A stretch of 64,000 nt of DNA from Nannocystis bainbridge (GTDB lineage Bacteria; Myxococcota_A; Polyangia; Nannocystales; Nannocystaceae), in the NCBI RefSeq assembly GCF_028368995.1, contig NZ_JAQNDL010000001.1, positions 1,760,001 through 1,824,000 of the forward strand, read 5' to 3'. The position numbers and the translations under genes were made by a program. The notes under the pieces are model-generated. The model was not told the origin of the DNA. It saw only the letters and a program-made list of their open reading frames with translations, and ran no database searches. This document shows positions 30,647 to 39,784 of this stretch, piece by piece; within the stretch, counting starts at the first letter, position 1, and every line of letters begins with the position of its first letter.

Positions 30647-33121
30647 CTACCTCGCTTTGCCCCCGCGGCGCAGCGCCTCGTAGCGGTCCTCGTCGACGAA
30701 CTGCCCCCACAGCTCCTGCTTGCGCTTGCCCGCCAGCGAGAACGCCAGCACCAGCAAACGCTCGCGCTCCGCCGTCGAAGTGCGCGCGATGAGCTCGTCG
30801 AAGTAATGCCCACAGTCCTCGAGGTCCAGCTTCTGCTCGCACGCCACCAGGCTGCGCACCGCCGCCTCGTGCAGCGCCGGCGTGCGCGCCACCAGCGGCA
30901 GCGTGCGCACGAACGGCGGCAGCTTGGCCGGCGCCGCGTCTGCCAGCGCCCGGGCCAGCACCGCCTCGCGCCGCGCTGCTGGCAGCTTCTCGATCGCCGC
31001 CTCCAGCGCCGGCAGCACCTCTTTCTGGAAGAACTGGTCCGCGTGCCCATAACCGCCGAGGATCGGGTCACGCCATTGCTCGCCCCAGCCGTGAAACTGC
31101 AGCGCCTGATCGATCGGCTCGGGCCACGCCTCCGCCCGGGCCAGCGCGTACACCAGCGCCATGCGCAGCTCCATCTCTGCCGGCTTCTCCTTGGCCGGCA
31201 CCGCCTTCCACGCCGCGTACAGCGGCCCTGTCGCCGCCTCCCCCACCAGCGCCGCCCCGTACGGCAGCAGGAGCGCCTCCGGCTGCTTCTTCGCCCGCAC
31301 CGCGGCCACCACCGCTCGCATCACCTCGTCGTCGAACAGCCCGGCGATCAGCGCCGAATCGTTCTCCCCGCGCACGCGCCCCAGCAGCGCTCGCCTGGCG
31401 CGGTCGCGCGGCAGCAGGCGCAGCAGCTCGATGTAATGCCGGGTCCTGCGCAGCCCCAGGCCCTCGGGCGTGCCCCACGTCGCCCGGTCCCGCCCCAGTC
31501 GCCCGTAGCCGTCGAGCATCCACCTGTCCTTCAGAACACCTTCCACGAGCGGCTCGGGCAGCGGCTCGCCCTGACGGCCCGCCGCGAGCAACGCCGGCAG
31601 CGCGCTGCGCTGCGGCAGCGAATCGTCCTCGTCCTCCGCCTCGCCTTGCGCCCACCTCAGCAGCTCCTCGGCCGTGGCGAATCGCAGCAGGTCCTCCGGG
31701 TCCGTCGCATAGTGGCCCATCAGCGCCCGCCGCTGCGCCGGCGAGGCGATGTCCAGGGCCGGCACGATCTGCGCGAACGACCCCGGCCCACGCGATCCCG
31801 CCCGCGGCGACAATACGAACCACAGCAGCGCCTCTTGCCATTCGTCGCGCCCCGTGAACAGCTCCACATATTGCAGCAGCTCGGGCCCGAAGCGCCCGTC
31901 GACGAGCGGCAGCGACACGTCGTCGCGCCATTCTCCCTCGACCGCCCGCGCCACGTAGCGACCCGACAGGCCCCCGCCCACACGCTCCACCCCGAAGCCC
32001 TCGCGCAAGAACGCGAACGCGAGGCGCGCTGCCATGTTGCCCGAGAACTCCAGCGTCCGCATCCCGCGGCGGCGCATCACTGCATTGACCCCGTCGCGCT
32101 GCCAGGCCGGCAGCCCCGCGAATCCGGGGTCTCGCGTCAGCGTCGCCAGCCCCTCGGCGCCCAGCCGCACCACGATCTCGTCGAGGTGCTTCGGCCACCC
32201 CGGGAACAGCGTCTGGGTCGACTCCTCCTCATATTCACGCTCGCGCAGCGGTCGGCTGGCCAGCCCGCGAATGTCCGCGTCCGCGAGCTCGCGGTACCCC
32301 GCCGGCAACCCCGGCGCATCGACCCGCGAGAACAGCCGCAGCACCTCGCGCGCCGACAGCGACAGCTGCTCGTCCTCCACCCCCTCGGTGAGGTTCGCTA
32401 GCAGCGACCGCTTCACCGCCGGCGCCACCTTCTTTTGCGAGAGCCAGCCGTTGGCCCACAGCTCCCACAGGAGCCCGAACGTCACGCGACGCACCTCGTC
32501 GCTGTCCGCCAGCAACGGCTCGACCGCCGCCTCGAGCAGCTGCATCTGGCCGTACGCGTCCTCTTCTTTCACCAGACTCGCCGCCAGCCGCTTGCGGTCG
32601 AGCCTCGCCAGCCGCTCGTCCGGGGCCACGAACGCCGACACCGCGTCGCTCGCCTCCGTCTGGGAAGTCGTGGCAGGCTTCTCCGCCTTCGCCTTCGTCA
32701 CTGCGGTCTCCGCCGCCGCCGCGACCCCAGGCTTCGCCGCCTTCGCAGCGACCTTCGCCGGCTTCTTCGCCACCTTCGCAGGCTCGGCCTTTGCAACCTT
32801 CGCCGGCTCGGCCTTCGCTACCTTCGCCGGCGTCTTCGCCACCTTCGCAGGCTCGGCCTTCGCTACCTTCGCCGCCTTCGCAGGCTCGGCCTTCGCTTTC
32901 TTCTTCTTCGCCCCGGCCCCCGCCTCCGCGTAGCCCTTCTCCAGCTTCTCGGCCACCAGCGCCTCGGCGGCCGCCTTCGCTGCCGCCCGGGAGCCGTGCT
33001 CCTTCACCTTCGTCTGCCCCGCCGTCCCGACCCGACCGAAGCGGACCTTCGTCGCCTCGCCCTCGACGGCGATCTCCCAGAACTTGTCCGAATTTCCGTC
33101 CTGAAACGTGAACGAGCGCAT
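30647..33121 (-). CDS. WGR-domain protein with an Ala/Lys-rich repeat linker
   Basis: MRSFTFQDGNSDKFWEI...VRFGRVGTAGQ...EKLEKGY (WGR domain), followed by (AKVAKAEP)n and a long helical domain. Confidence 0.88.
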   Translation of the reverse strand: MRSFTFQDGNSDKFWEIAVEGEATKVRFGRVGTAGQTKVKEHGSRAAAKAAAEALVAEKLEKGYAEAGAGAKKKKAKAEPAKAAKVAKAEPAKVAKTPAKVAKAEPAKVAKAEPAKVAKKPAKVAAKAAKPGVAAAAETAVTKAKAEKPATTSQTEASDAVSAFVAPDERLARLDRKRLAASLVKEEDAYGQMQLLEAAVEPLLADSDEVRRVTFGLLWELWANGWLSQKKVAPAVKRSLLANLTEGVEDEQLSLSAREVLRLFSRVDAPGLPAGYRELADADIRGLASRPLREREYEEESTQTLFPGWPKHLDEIVVRLGAEGLATLTRDPGFAGLPAWQRDGVNAVMRRRGMRTLEFSGNMAARLAFAFLREGFGVERVGGGLSGRYVARAVEGEWRDDVSLPLVDGRFGPELLQYVELFTGRDEWQEALLWFVLSPRAGSRGPGSFAQIVPALDIASPAQRRALMGHYATDPEDLLRFATAEELLRWAQGEAEDEDDSLPQRSALPALLAAGRQGEPLPEPLVEGVLKDRWMLDGYGRLGRDRATWGTPEGLGLRRTRHYIELLRLLPRDRARRALLGRVRGENDSALIAGLFDDEVMRAVVAAVRAKKQPEALLLPYGAALVGEAATGPLYAAWKAVPAKEKPAEMELRMALVYALARAEAWPEPIDQALQFHGWGEQWRDPILGGYGHADQFFQKEVLPALEAAIEKLPAARREAVLARALADAAPAKLPPFVRTLPLVARTPALHEAAVRSLVACEQKLDLEDCGHYFDELIARTSTAERERLLVLAFSLAGKRKQELWGQFVDEDRYEALRRGGKAR
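32720..32900 (-). repeat. Coding repeats of about 21-24 nt (AKVAKAEP/AKVAKTP)
   Basis: ACCTTCGC(A/C)GGCTCGGCCTT repeated on the + strand. Confidence 0.75.
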
Positions 33122-33536
33122 CGATCCTCTCCTCTACCGCGGGCCAGAGTGTGTCTTGCTACCTGCTGCGAGATCGGCTGTCAATCGACCCGCAGCGCCC
33201 CAAAAACCTAGCGATCGCGGCGGCGCCACCGGGACCCGTGCGAGCACAGGACGCCCCCTCGTTTCGCCACAAGCGCAAACGGCGCACTCGCAAATCACCA
33301 ACCTCCGGCTCACCCCGTCCACGAGGCCCCGCCACGGCACCCGGGGCGCATCGTGCCCTCCGCTCCGCAGATCTGACAGCGCCGTCATCCACCCGGCATG
33401 GCGCAATACACATAGTACCGACACCCACCGACACAAACCATCGAGCCCCGTGACGACCGCGTCACGGGCCCGTCTCGAATCGACGCACATGCAGGGGCCT
33501 TGGACGGCGCCGCGCGGCTTCTATACCCTCCCCGGC

Positions 33537-35030
33537 ATGTCGAAGCTCGCCCCCCGCCTCGGTGTCCTCGTCCTCCTCCTCCCCGCCTGCACCGACGATT
33601 CCTCCGCACTCACCGCCGCCACGACCGCGGTGCTCACCACCGTCGGCGCCACCCAGACCACCACCTCGACCACCACCGGGGACCCGACCACCGGCGAGCC
33701 GACCACCGCTGTCACCACCGACGAGCCCACCACCGACGTGGGCACCACCACCACCTCGTCGACCACCGACGTCAGCACCGACACCACTGACGGCACCACG
33801 GCCGCCGCCGAATCGTGCAAGGACGGCCTGCAGAACGGCGACGAGACCGACATCGATTGCGGCGGCGCGGCCTGCCCGGCCTGCCCCGACGGCGACGCCT
33901 GCGTCCTCGACGACGATTGCGCCGGCCATAGCTGCATCGACGGCTCCTGCGGCCCCGTGCCTGCCACCTGCGACGACGAGCTTCAAAACGGCGACGAGAC
34001 CGACCTCGACTGCGGCGGCCCCGACTGTCCTGCCTGCGGTGAATCGCAGGCCTGCGCCGTCGACCTCGACTGCGCCACCCAGACCTGCATCGACGGCATC
34101 TGCCAGGCACCCACTTGCAGCGACGATCTCACCAACGGTGACGAGACCGACGTCGACTGCGGCGGCCCCGAGTGCGATCCGTGCGGCGCCGCCCTCGACT
34201 GCCTGATCGCCACCGACTGTCAGAGCGGCGTCTGCCTCGACGGTCAATGCGCGATCCCCCTTTGCAACGACGGCGCCAAGAACGGCGACGAGACCGACCT
34301 CGACTGCGGCGGCAAGTCCTGCAGCCCCTGCGCTGACGGCCTCGCCTGCAAGCTCGACGCCGACTGCCTCAAAAAAGACTGTGAGGCTGGCATCTGCGTC
34401 GGCCCCACTTGCAACGACGGCGTCAAGAACGGCGGCGAGACCGGCATCGACTGCGGCGGCCCCGACTGCGGCCCGTGCATGGCCGGCGTCGGCCTCGTCA
34501 TCAACGAGGTCGACTACGACCAGCCCGGCAGCGACAACGCCGAGTTCATCGAGATCCTCAACACCTCCGGCGCCCCGATCGACCTCGGCAACCACGCCGT
34601 CGTGCTCGTCAACGGCGCCACCAACACCACCTACGCCACCATCAACCTGGCCGGCAGCATCAACCCGGGCCAGTACCTCGTGCTCGCCAACGCCAACTTC
34701 GCCGTGCCCGCTCCGGCCCTCAAGGTCACCATCAGCAACGGCATCATTCAGAACGGCGGCAGCGACCCAGACGGCATCGCCCTCATCGACAAGACCGCCA
34801 AGAAGCTGGTCGACGCCCTCTCGTACGACGGCCCGATCACCGCGGTCAACATCGCCGGCATCGGCGTCGTCAGCCTGGTCGAGGGCATGGCCTTGCCGGC
34901 CAGCGTGATCGACGACGCCGCCGGCGCCGGCTCCCTGGTCCGCCTGCCCAACGGCAAGGACAGCAACAACGCCGCCAGCGACTGGAAGTTCACCAAGAAC
35001 ATCACCCCCGCCGCGGCCAACCTGCCCTGA
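33537..35030 (+). CDS. Lipoprotein with five Cys-rich CxDxxxNGxETxxDCGG repeats and a C-terminal lamin-tail (LTD)-like domain
   Basis: Lipobox LLPAC; Thr stalk; 5 repeats; LVINEVDYD...EFIEILN...TP C-terminal domain. Confidence 0.88.
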   Translation: MSKLAPRLGVLVLLLPACTDDSSALTAATTAVLTTVGATQTTTSTTTGDPTTGEPTTAVTTDEPTTDVGTTTTSSTTDVSTDTTDGTTAAAESCKDGLQNGDETDIDCGGAACPACPDGDACVLDDDCAGHSCIDGSCGPVPATCDDELQNGDETDLDCGGPDCPACGESQACAVDLDCATQTCIDGICQAPTCSDDLTNGDETDVDCGGPECDPCGAALDCLIATDCQSGVCLDGQCAIPLCNDGAKNGDETDLDCGGKSCSPCADGLACKLDADCLKKDCEAGICVGPTCNDGVKNGGETGIDCGGPDCGPCMAGVGLVINEVDYDQPGSDNAEFIEILNTSGAPIDLGNHAVVLVNGATNTTYATINLAGSINPGQYLVLANANFAVPAPALKVTISNGIIQNGGSDPDGIALIDKTAKKLVDALSYDGPITAVNIAGIGVVSLVEGMALPASVIDDAAGAGSLVRLPNGKDSNNAASDWKFTKNITPAAANLP

Positions 35031-35129
35031 TAGCGTCGAACCTCCGCGGCGCGCCCGATTGCATTCATCGCAGGGCGCGCTGCCGACATTCACCTCGATC
35101 GCGGCACCGCGATTCCCCGAGAGGGGTCC

Positions 35130-35163
35130 CCCGAGGGCGTACAGGCCACAATCAGCCCTCGGG
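35130..35163. terminator. Hairpin between convergent genes (possible terminator)
   Basis: CCCGAGGGC-N16-GCCCTCGGG perfect 9-bp stem, 14 nt past the ADYC gene stop; no U-tract. Confidence 0.35.
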
Positions 35164-35177
35164 CCGGGCGCGAGGAT

Positions 35178-36116
35178 CTATGGGATGCGCGTGATGAACA
35201 GCGCGTCTGGCAGCGTCGCGAATGTCGCCCCCTCCGGGCAGATCGGGACCTCCTTCTTGTCGAGGCAATCGATGTCCTCGAGCCGGCCCTTGCCGCGGCA
35301 GACCAGCCCGTCATGGCCCCACGCGGCCTCCACCGGGCTCTTGAAGTATTGCTCGGTGGCGCCGTGGATCCACCACACGTCCTCGAGCACCAGCTCCACC
35401 CCGGCCTGCGTGTGCGGTGTCCCGTCATAGCAATAATCGGCGCGGATCACCCGAATGGCCGTCTCGAACAGCCCCAGATCGCCCGTCGTGCGCGCCAAAT
35501 CATAATACCCGAGCTCGGCCGCCTTGCCGGTCGCCCCGGTGTCGCACGCCAGGTAGAGCGTGCCCGGGGCGGCCGACACCTCGCCGGTGCTCTCGTCGAT
35601 GGTGAGCCCCGACAGCACCCGCGCGCTGCCCGGCTCGTTGGCGGCGTCGGGGCAATTCGGCACCTCGACGTCGCCCTGGTGGTGATAGAAGCGGTAGCGC
35701 GGCACCCCGTCGGCCTCGAAGGCGTCGATCAGGAACATCGTCCGATTCACCATCCCCATGTTGAAGCCGATCGACCACGCCGAGCCGAGCAGCGCGGCGC
35801 CGCGGCGCGTCTCGCCGAACCCGTCGACCCCGATCAGCTCGCCGGTGTCCTCCACCAGCCCCGCCAGATCCTCCTCGTCCGCGAGCGCGACGCGGTCGAG
35901 CCGCACGCCCATGTGCGGCACGCCGAGCGACGGCACCAGCTCGGAGAACTCGTGCTCGTCGAGCACGTGGGTGTTGAACACGGTGCCGCCGCCCGAGTTG
36001 CCGCCGGTCAGCAGCACGCGCAGCTCGGCGGCTTCGTCTTCGGGGGCACAGGCGGTCCACAGCAGGGACGCGAGGAGGGGGCCGACAGGGGTCCAGAGCG
36101 GCAAGGCAGGTCGCAT
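35178..36116 (-). CDS. ADYC-domain lipoprotein
   Basis: Lipobox LWTAC; LAC..GATGK...LGY, IRVIRADYCYDG..HT..G and EAAW...G.VC motifs. Confidence 0.85.
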   Translation of the reverse strand: MRPALPLWTPVGPLLASLLWTACAPEDEAAELRVLLTGGNSGGGTVFNTHVLDEHEFSELVPSLGVPHMGVRLDRVALADEEDLAGLVEDTGELIGVDGFGETRRGAALLGSAWSIGFNMGMVNRTMFLIDAFEADGVPRYRFYHHQGDVEVPNCPDAANEPGSARVLSGLTIDESTGEVSAAPGTLYLACDTGATGKAAELGYYDLARTTGDLGLFETAIRVIRADYCYDGTPHTQAGVELVLEDVWWIHGATEQYFKSPVEAAWGHDGLVCRGKGRLEDIDCLDKKEVPICPEGATFATLPDALFITRIP

Positions 36117-36206
36117 GCCCGGCGCCTCTGCAAATCTCGGGCCCGATCGGGGGCGCGCGACCGCGCCCGTTTGCAGCGCTGCCGACACGCCGTTAGCCTC
36201 CCGCCT

Positions 36207-39200
36207 GTGACCCGCGAGCCCCCCGCGCCGGCCCCGGCGTCCTCGCCACGACCGGTCCCCGCATCCCTCGTCGACGCCGCGTCCTCGCCCGCCACCGCCG
36301 CCTTCGAGGACCCCGCCCGCGTCACCGCCTCCTCGCCACGGCTCGTCACTGCCCCCTTCGTCGACGCCCCGTCCTCACCACCGCCCGCCACCGCGCCCTT
36401 CGTCGACGCCGCGTCCACGCCCACCGCCTCCTTCGTCGACAGCGCCCTCCCGCGGCCCATCACCGCCGCCCTCGACGAGCCCTCGCGGATCACCGTCGCC
36501 CCGGGCCACGCCCTCGCCAGCGATGTGGAGCGGCTCGGCGCCGCGCCGGTGCGGCTCGGTCGCTTCACCGTGCTGGAGCGGCTCGGCGCCGGCGGCATGG
36601 GCGTCGTCTACGCCGCCTACGACGAGCTGCTCGACCGCAAGGTCGCGCTCAAGCTGCTGCACCACGCGGGCGGCCGCGGCGACGATCGCCTGCTGCGCGA
36701 GGCCCAGGCGATGGCTCGCCTCTCGCACCCCAACATCGTCTCCGTGTTCGAGGTCGTCGGCCTCGGCGCCCAGCACTTCATCGCCATGGAGTTCGTGCGC
36801 GGCCAGAGCCTCGACGCCTGGCTGGCCGCCGCCGCGCGCCCCTGGCAGGACGTGCTCCCGGTCCTGCTCGCGGCCGGGCGCGGGCTCGCGGCGGCGCACC
36901 GGGCCGGCATCGTCCACCGCGACTACAAGCCGCACAACACCCTCGTCGGCGTCGACGGCAGCGTGAAGGTCGCCGACTTCGGGCTCGCGCGCGCCTTCGA
37001 GACCGGCGACACCGACCCCACGCCGCCCGCGGCCTCGCCCGGGCGCCGGCTGCTGGACGTCGCGCTCACCCGCGCCGGGGCGGTCCTCGGCACGCCGGCG
37101 TACATGGCCCCCGAGCAGCACGCCGGCCTGGCCTGCGACGAGCGCAGCGACCAGTTCAGCTTCTGCGTCACCGCCTACGAGGCGCTCTACGGCGCCCCGC
37201 CGTTCCCCCGCAGCTCGCTGGCGGCCCTGCGCGCGGCGATCGATCGCGGCGAGGTCGAACCGGCCCCGCCCGGCTCCGCCGTGCCTGCGTGGCTGCGGCG
37301 CGCCGTGGTGCGCGGCCTCGCCCCCGACCCCGCCCGCCGCCACGCCTCGATGGACGCCCTGCTGGCCGCGCTGGCGGGCGACCCGGCCGCCGCCCGCCGC
37401 CGCCGCCTCCAGATCGGCCTGTTCGGCGCCGGCCTGGGCCTGCTCGGGCTGCTCGGTGGGTGGTTCTTCGCCGCCGCCGGGCCGCAGGCCTGCCCCGACG
37501 GCGCGGCCGCCCTGCATGGCGTGTGGGACGACGCCCGCCGCGACCGGCTCGGCGCCGCCATCCTCGGCCTGCGCCAGCCGTTCGCCCCGGCCACCTGGGC
37601 CCACCTCGAGGCCCGCCTGGGCGCCTACGCCGGCGAGTGGGCCGCCATGCACGACGACGCCTGCCAGGCCCACCGCGCCGGCCGCCAGTCCGACACCCAG
37701 TACGACCTGCGCATGCGCTGCCTCGAGCTGCGCCGCACCGACCTGGCCGCCCTCACCGGCGTGCTCGCCGAGGTCGACGCCGCCTCGCTGTCCGGGGCCG
37801 CCCTCGCCGCCGACGCCCTGCCGCCGATCGCCGCCTGCGGCGACCTCGAGGGCCTGCTCGCCGACCCCCTGCGGCCGCCGCGGGACCCCGCCCTCGCCGC
37901 CGCCGTGGCCCGCTTCCAGGCCGGCCTCGCCCACGTGCGCGCGCTCGAGAGCACCGGCCTCTACGAGCGCGCCGTGCTGGCCGCCGACGCCCTCGCGCCC
38001 GCCGCGGCCGCCACCGGCCACCGCCCGTTCGGCGCCGAGCTGGCGCTGTCACGCGGCCGCGCCCTCCTCGCCAGCGACCCCGCGGCCGCCGACGAGGCCC
38101 TCACCACCGCCTTCCGCGAGGGCCTGCGCAGCGGCCACGACCGCGTCGCCACCGAGGCCCTGGCCCGGCGCCTGTTCGTGCGCGGCTACCGGTTCGGCCG
38201 CCCCGAAGCCGCCGCCGCCGATCACGAGGTCGCCCTCGCCCTGCTCGATCGCATCGGCGATCGCGGGGCCCTGCGCGGCGAGCTGCTCAACAACGCCGGC
38301 GCCGTCGCGCTCGGCCAGGGCGCGTGGGCCCGCGCCGAGGCCTTGCTGGTCGCCGCCGTCGCCGCCAAGACCGCCGCGCTCGGCCCCGACGCCGGTGAGC
38401 TGGTCTACACCCTCGCCAACCTCGGCACCCTGCGCAACGACCTCTATCGCACCGGCGCGGCCACCCAGGCCCTGCAGGCCGCCCTGGCGATCGGCGAGCG
38501 GGCCTTCGGCGCGGCCCACCCGACCACCCTGCTGGTGCGCGCCAACCTCGGCATGGCCCAGCTCAAGCACCGCCGCCTCGCCGACGCCGAGTCGACCCTC
38601 CTGGCCGTGCGCGCCGCCGCCGAGGCTCGCCCCGACCCCGACCACGCCGCCCTGGCCTTCGTCGAGCAGCAGCTGGCGTGGCTGGCCCTCGTGCGCCGCC
38701 GCCCGGCCGTCGCCCGCGACCACCTCGCCCTCGCCGAGACCCTGCTGCTCGGCCGCGACGACCCGCTCGCGCTCGCCAACATCGCCGCGCTCGCGGCCCA
38801 CGCCGCCGCCCTGCTCGGCGACCGCGACGCCACCTGGCAGCACCACGCCCGCGCCGAGGCCCTGCTGACCCAGGCCCTGCCGCCCGACCACGCCCGCCGC
38901 CGCGACCTCGAGTGCGACCGCGCCGAGCTCGAGCTGACGCTCGGCCGCCCCGCCGAGGCCCTGGCCAGCGCGCGAGCCACCGCCCACGCCCTGGCCCGCG
39001 CGCCGAGCCAGGCCCTCCTGCTGGCCCGCGCCCACGAGCTCGAGGCGCGCGCCTGCCAGGCCCTCGGCCGCGCCGACGAGGCCCTGCTCGCCAGCGAGGC
39101 CGCCGTCGCCGTGCTCGCCGAGGTCGTCGCCGAGGACAACCCGCGCACCGCCGGGGCCCTGGCGCAGCTCGGCGTCAGCGAGGCCGCCGCGGGCCGCCCC

Positions 39201-39422
39201 GAGCAGGCCCGCGCCCACCTGGAGCGCGCCGAGCAGATCTACGTCGCCGCCGCCGACCCCGACCTGCCGGCGCTGGCCCGGCTCCGCTTCGACCGCGCCA
39301 GGCTCGTCGCCGACCCGTCCCAGGCCCGCCAGCTGGCCGAGACCGCCCTCGCCACGCTCGCCTCGGCCGACAATCACGAAGCCGAAGCCGAAGCCGTCCG
39401 CACCTGGCTCGCAACCCACTGA
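36207..39422 (+). CDS. Membrane Ser/Thr protein kinase with a C-terminal TPR region
   Basis: [36 protein letters not shown]; TM segment [19 protein letters not shown]; TPR-like helices. Start uncertain (GTG 36207); repetitive N-terminus (PFVDAASSP). Confidence 0.92.
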   Translation: MTREPPAPAPASSPRPVPASLVDAASSPATAAFEDPARVTASSPRLVTAPFVDAPSSPPPATAPFVDAASTPTASFVDSALPRPITAALDEPSRITVAPGHALASDVERLGAAPVRLGRFTVLERLGAGGMGVVYAAYDELLDRKVALKLLHHAGGRGDDRLLREAQAMARLSHPNIVSVFEVVGLGAQHFIAMEFVRGQSLDAWLAAAARPWQDVLPVLLAAGRGLAAAHRAGIVHRDYKPHNTLVGVDGSVKVADFGLARAFETGDTDPTPPAASPGRRLLDVALTRAGAVLGTPAYMAPEQHAGLACDERSDQFSFCVTAYEALYGAPPFPRSSLAALRAAIDRGEVEPAPPGSAVPAWLRRAVVRGLAPDPARRHASMDALLAALAGDPAAARRRRLQIGLFGAGLGLLGLLGGWFFAAAGPQACPDGAAALHGVWDDARRDRLGAAILGLRQPFAPATWAHLEARLGAYAGEWAAMHDDACQAHRAGRQSDTQYDLRMRCLELRRTDLAALTGVLAEVDAASLSGAALAADALPPIAACGDLEGLLADPLRPPRDPALAAAVARFQAGLAHVRALESTGLYERAVLAADALAPAAAATGHRPFGAELALSRGRALLASDPAAADEALTTAFREGLRSGHDRVATEALARRLFVRGYRFGRPEAAAADHEVALALLDRIGDRGALRGELLNNAGAVALGQGAWARAEALLVAAVAAKTAALGPDAGELVYTLANLGTLRNDLYRTGAATQALQAALAIGERAFGAAHPTTLLVRANLGMAQLKHRRLADAESTLLAVRAAAEARPDPDHAALAFVEQQLAWLALVRRRPAVARDHLALAETLLLGRDDPLALANIAALAAHAAALLGDRDATWQHHARAEALLTQALPPDHARRRDLECDRAELELTLGRPAEALASARATAHALARAPSQALLLARAHELEARACQALGRADEALLASEAAVAVLAEVVAEDNPRTAGALAQLGVSEAAAGRPEQARAHLERAEQIYVAAADPDLPALARLRFDRARLVADPSQARQLAETALATLASADNHEAEAEAVRTWLATH

Positions 39423-39429
39423 CTCGCTC

Positions 39430-39630
39430 CACGCGATCGCTCCGCGCCCGCTCCGCGTCCCGTCCGACGCGAATCACTCCGCGAGCGCATCAGCGAACGA
39501 CCTCGCATCCTCGGTCCTCGCCGCATCACTCGCGCGATCGCTCCGCATCACCGAACGACTCGCGCCCTCGGTCCTCGCTGCGTCACTCGGGCCATCGCTC
39601 CGCATCACCGAGTGACCCGCGCATCACCCG
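39430..39630. repeat. Intergenic tandem repeats, 57-58-bp period, about 3 copies
   Basis: GCATCA(C/G)CGAACGAC..CCTCGGTCCTCGC.GC.TCACTCG...ATCGCTCC units start at 39487, 39545 and 39602 (last one partial). Confidence 0.75.
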
Positions 39631-39743
39631 GGCGCTCGCCGGTTGTCGTCCGCGCCGCCACGCCCCCGCCTCGCGCGTCGACCGGCCGACCACAACCTGC
39701 TCGCAAACCGAGGGAGCAGCCCCCGCCGCCCCTTCGCCGCGCG

Positions 39744-39759
39744 TGGCACGGGCGCTGCA
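39744..39759 (+). promoter_or_regulatory. Candidate sigma54 promoter
   Basis: TGGCACGGGCGCTGCA matches TGGCACG-N4-(T/C)TGCA, 25 nt upstream of ATG 39785. Confidence 0.65.
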
Positions 39760-39784
39760 CTGGCGGTCCGCGAGAGCCCAACCC

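Noticed and set aside
33335-33350. Sigma54 promoter CGGCACCCGGGGCGCA
   Set aside because: Only the minimal GG-N10-GC is matched, which is likely by chance in GC-rich DNA.
35313-36206. N-terminal extension of the kinase ORF
   Set aside because: Overlaps the ADYC gene on the opposite strand; the real start is downstream.
39430-39630. CRISPR-like array
   Set aside because: The whole 57-bp unit is repeated; there is no repeat/spacer alternation.
38678-39784. N-terminal part of the 1147-aa ORF
   Set aside because: Arg/Pro-rich off-frame overlap with the kinase; the lipoprotein signal begins at 39785.
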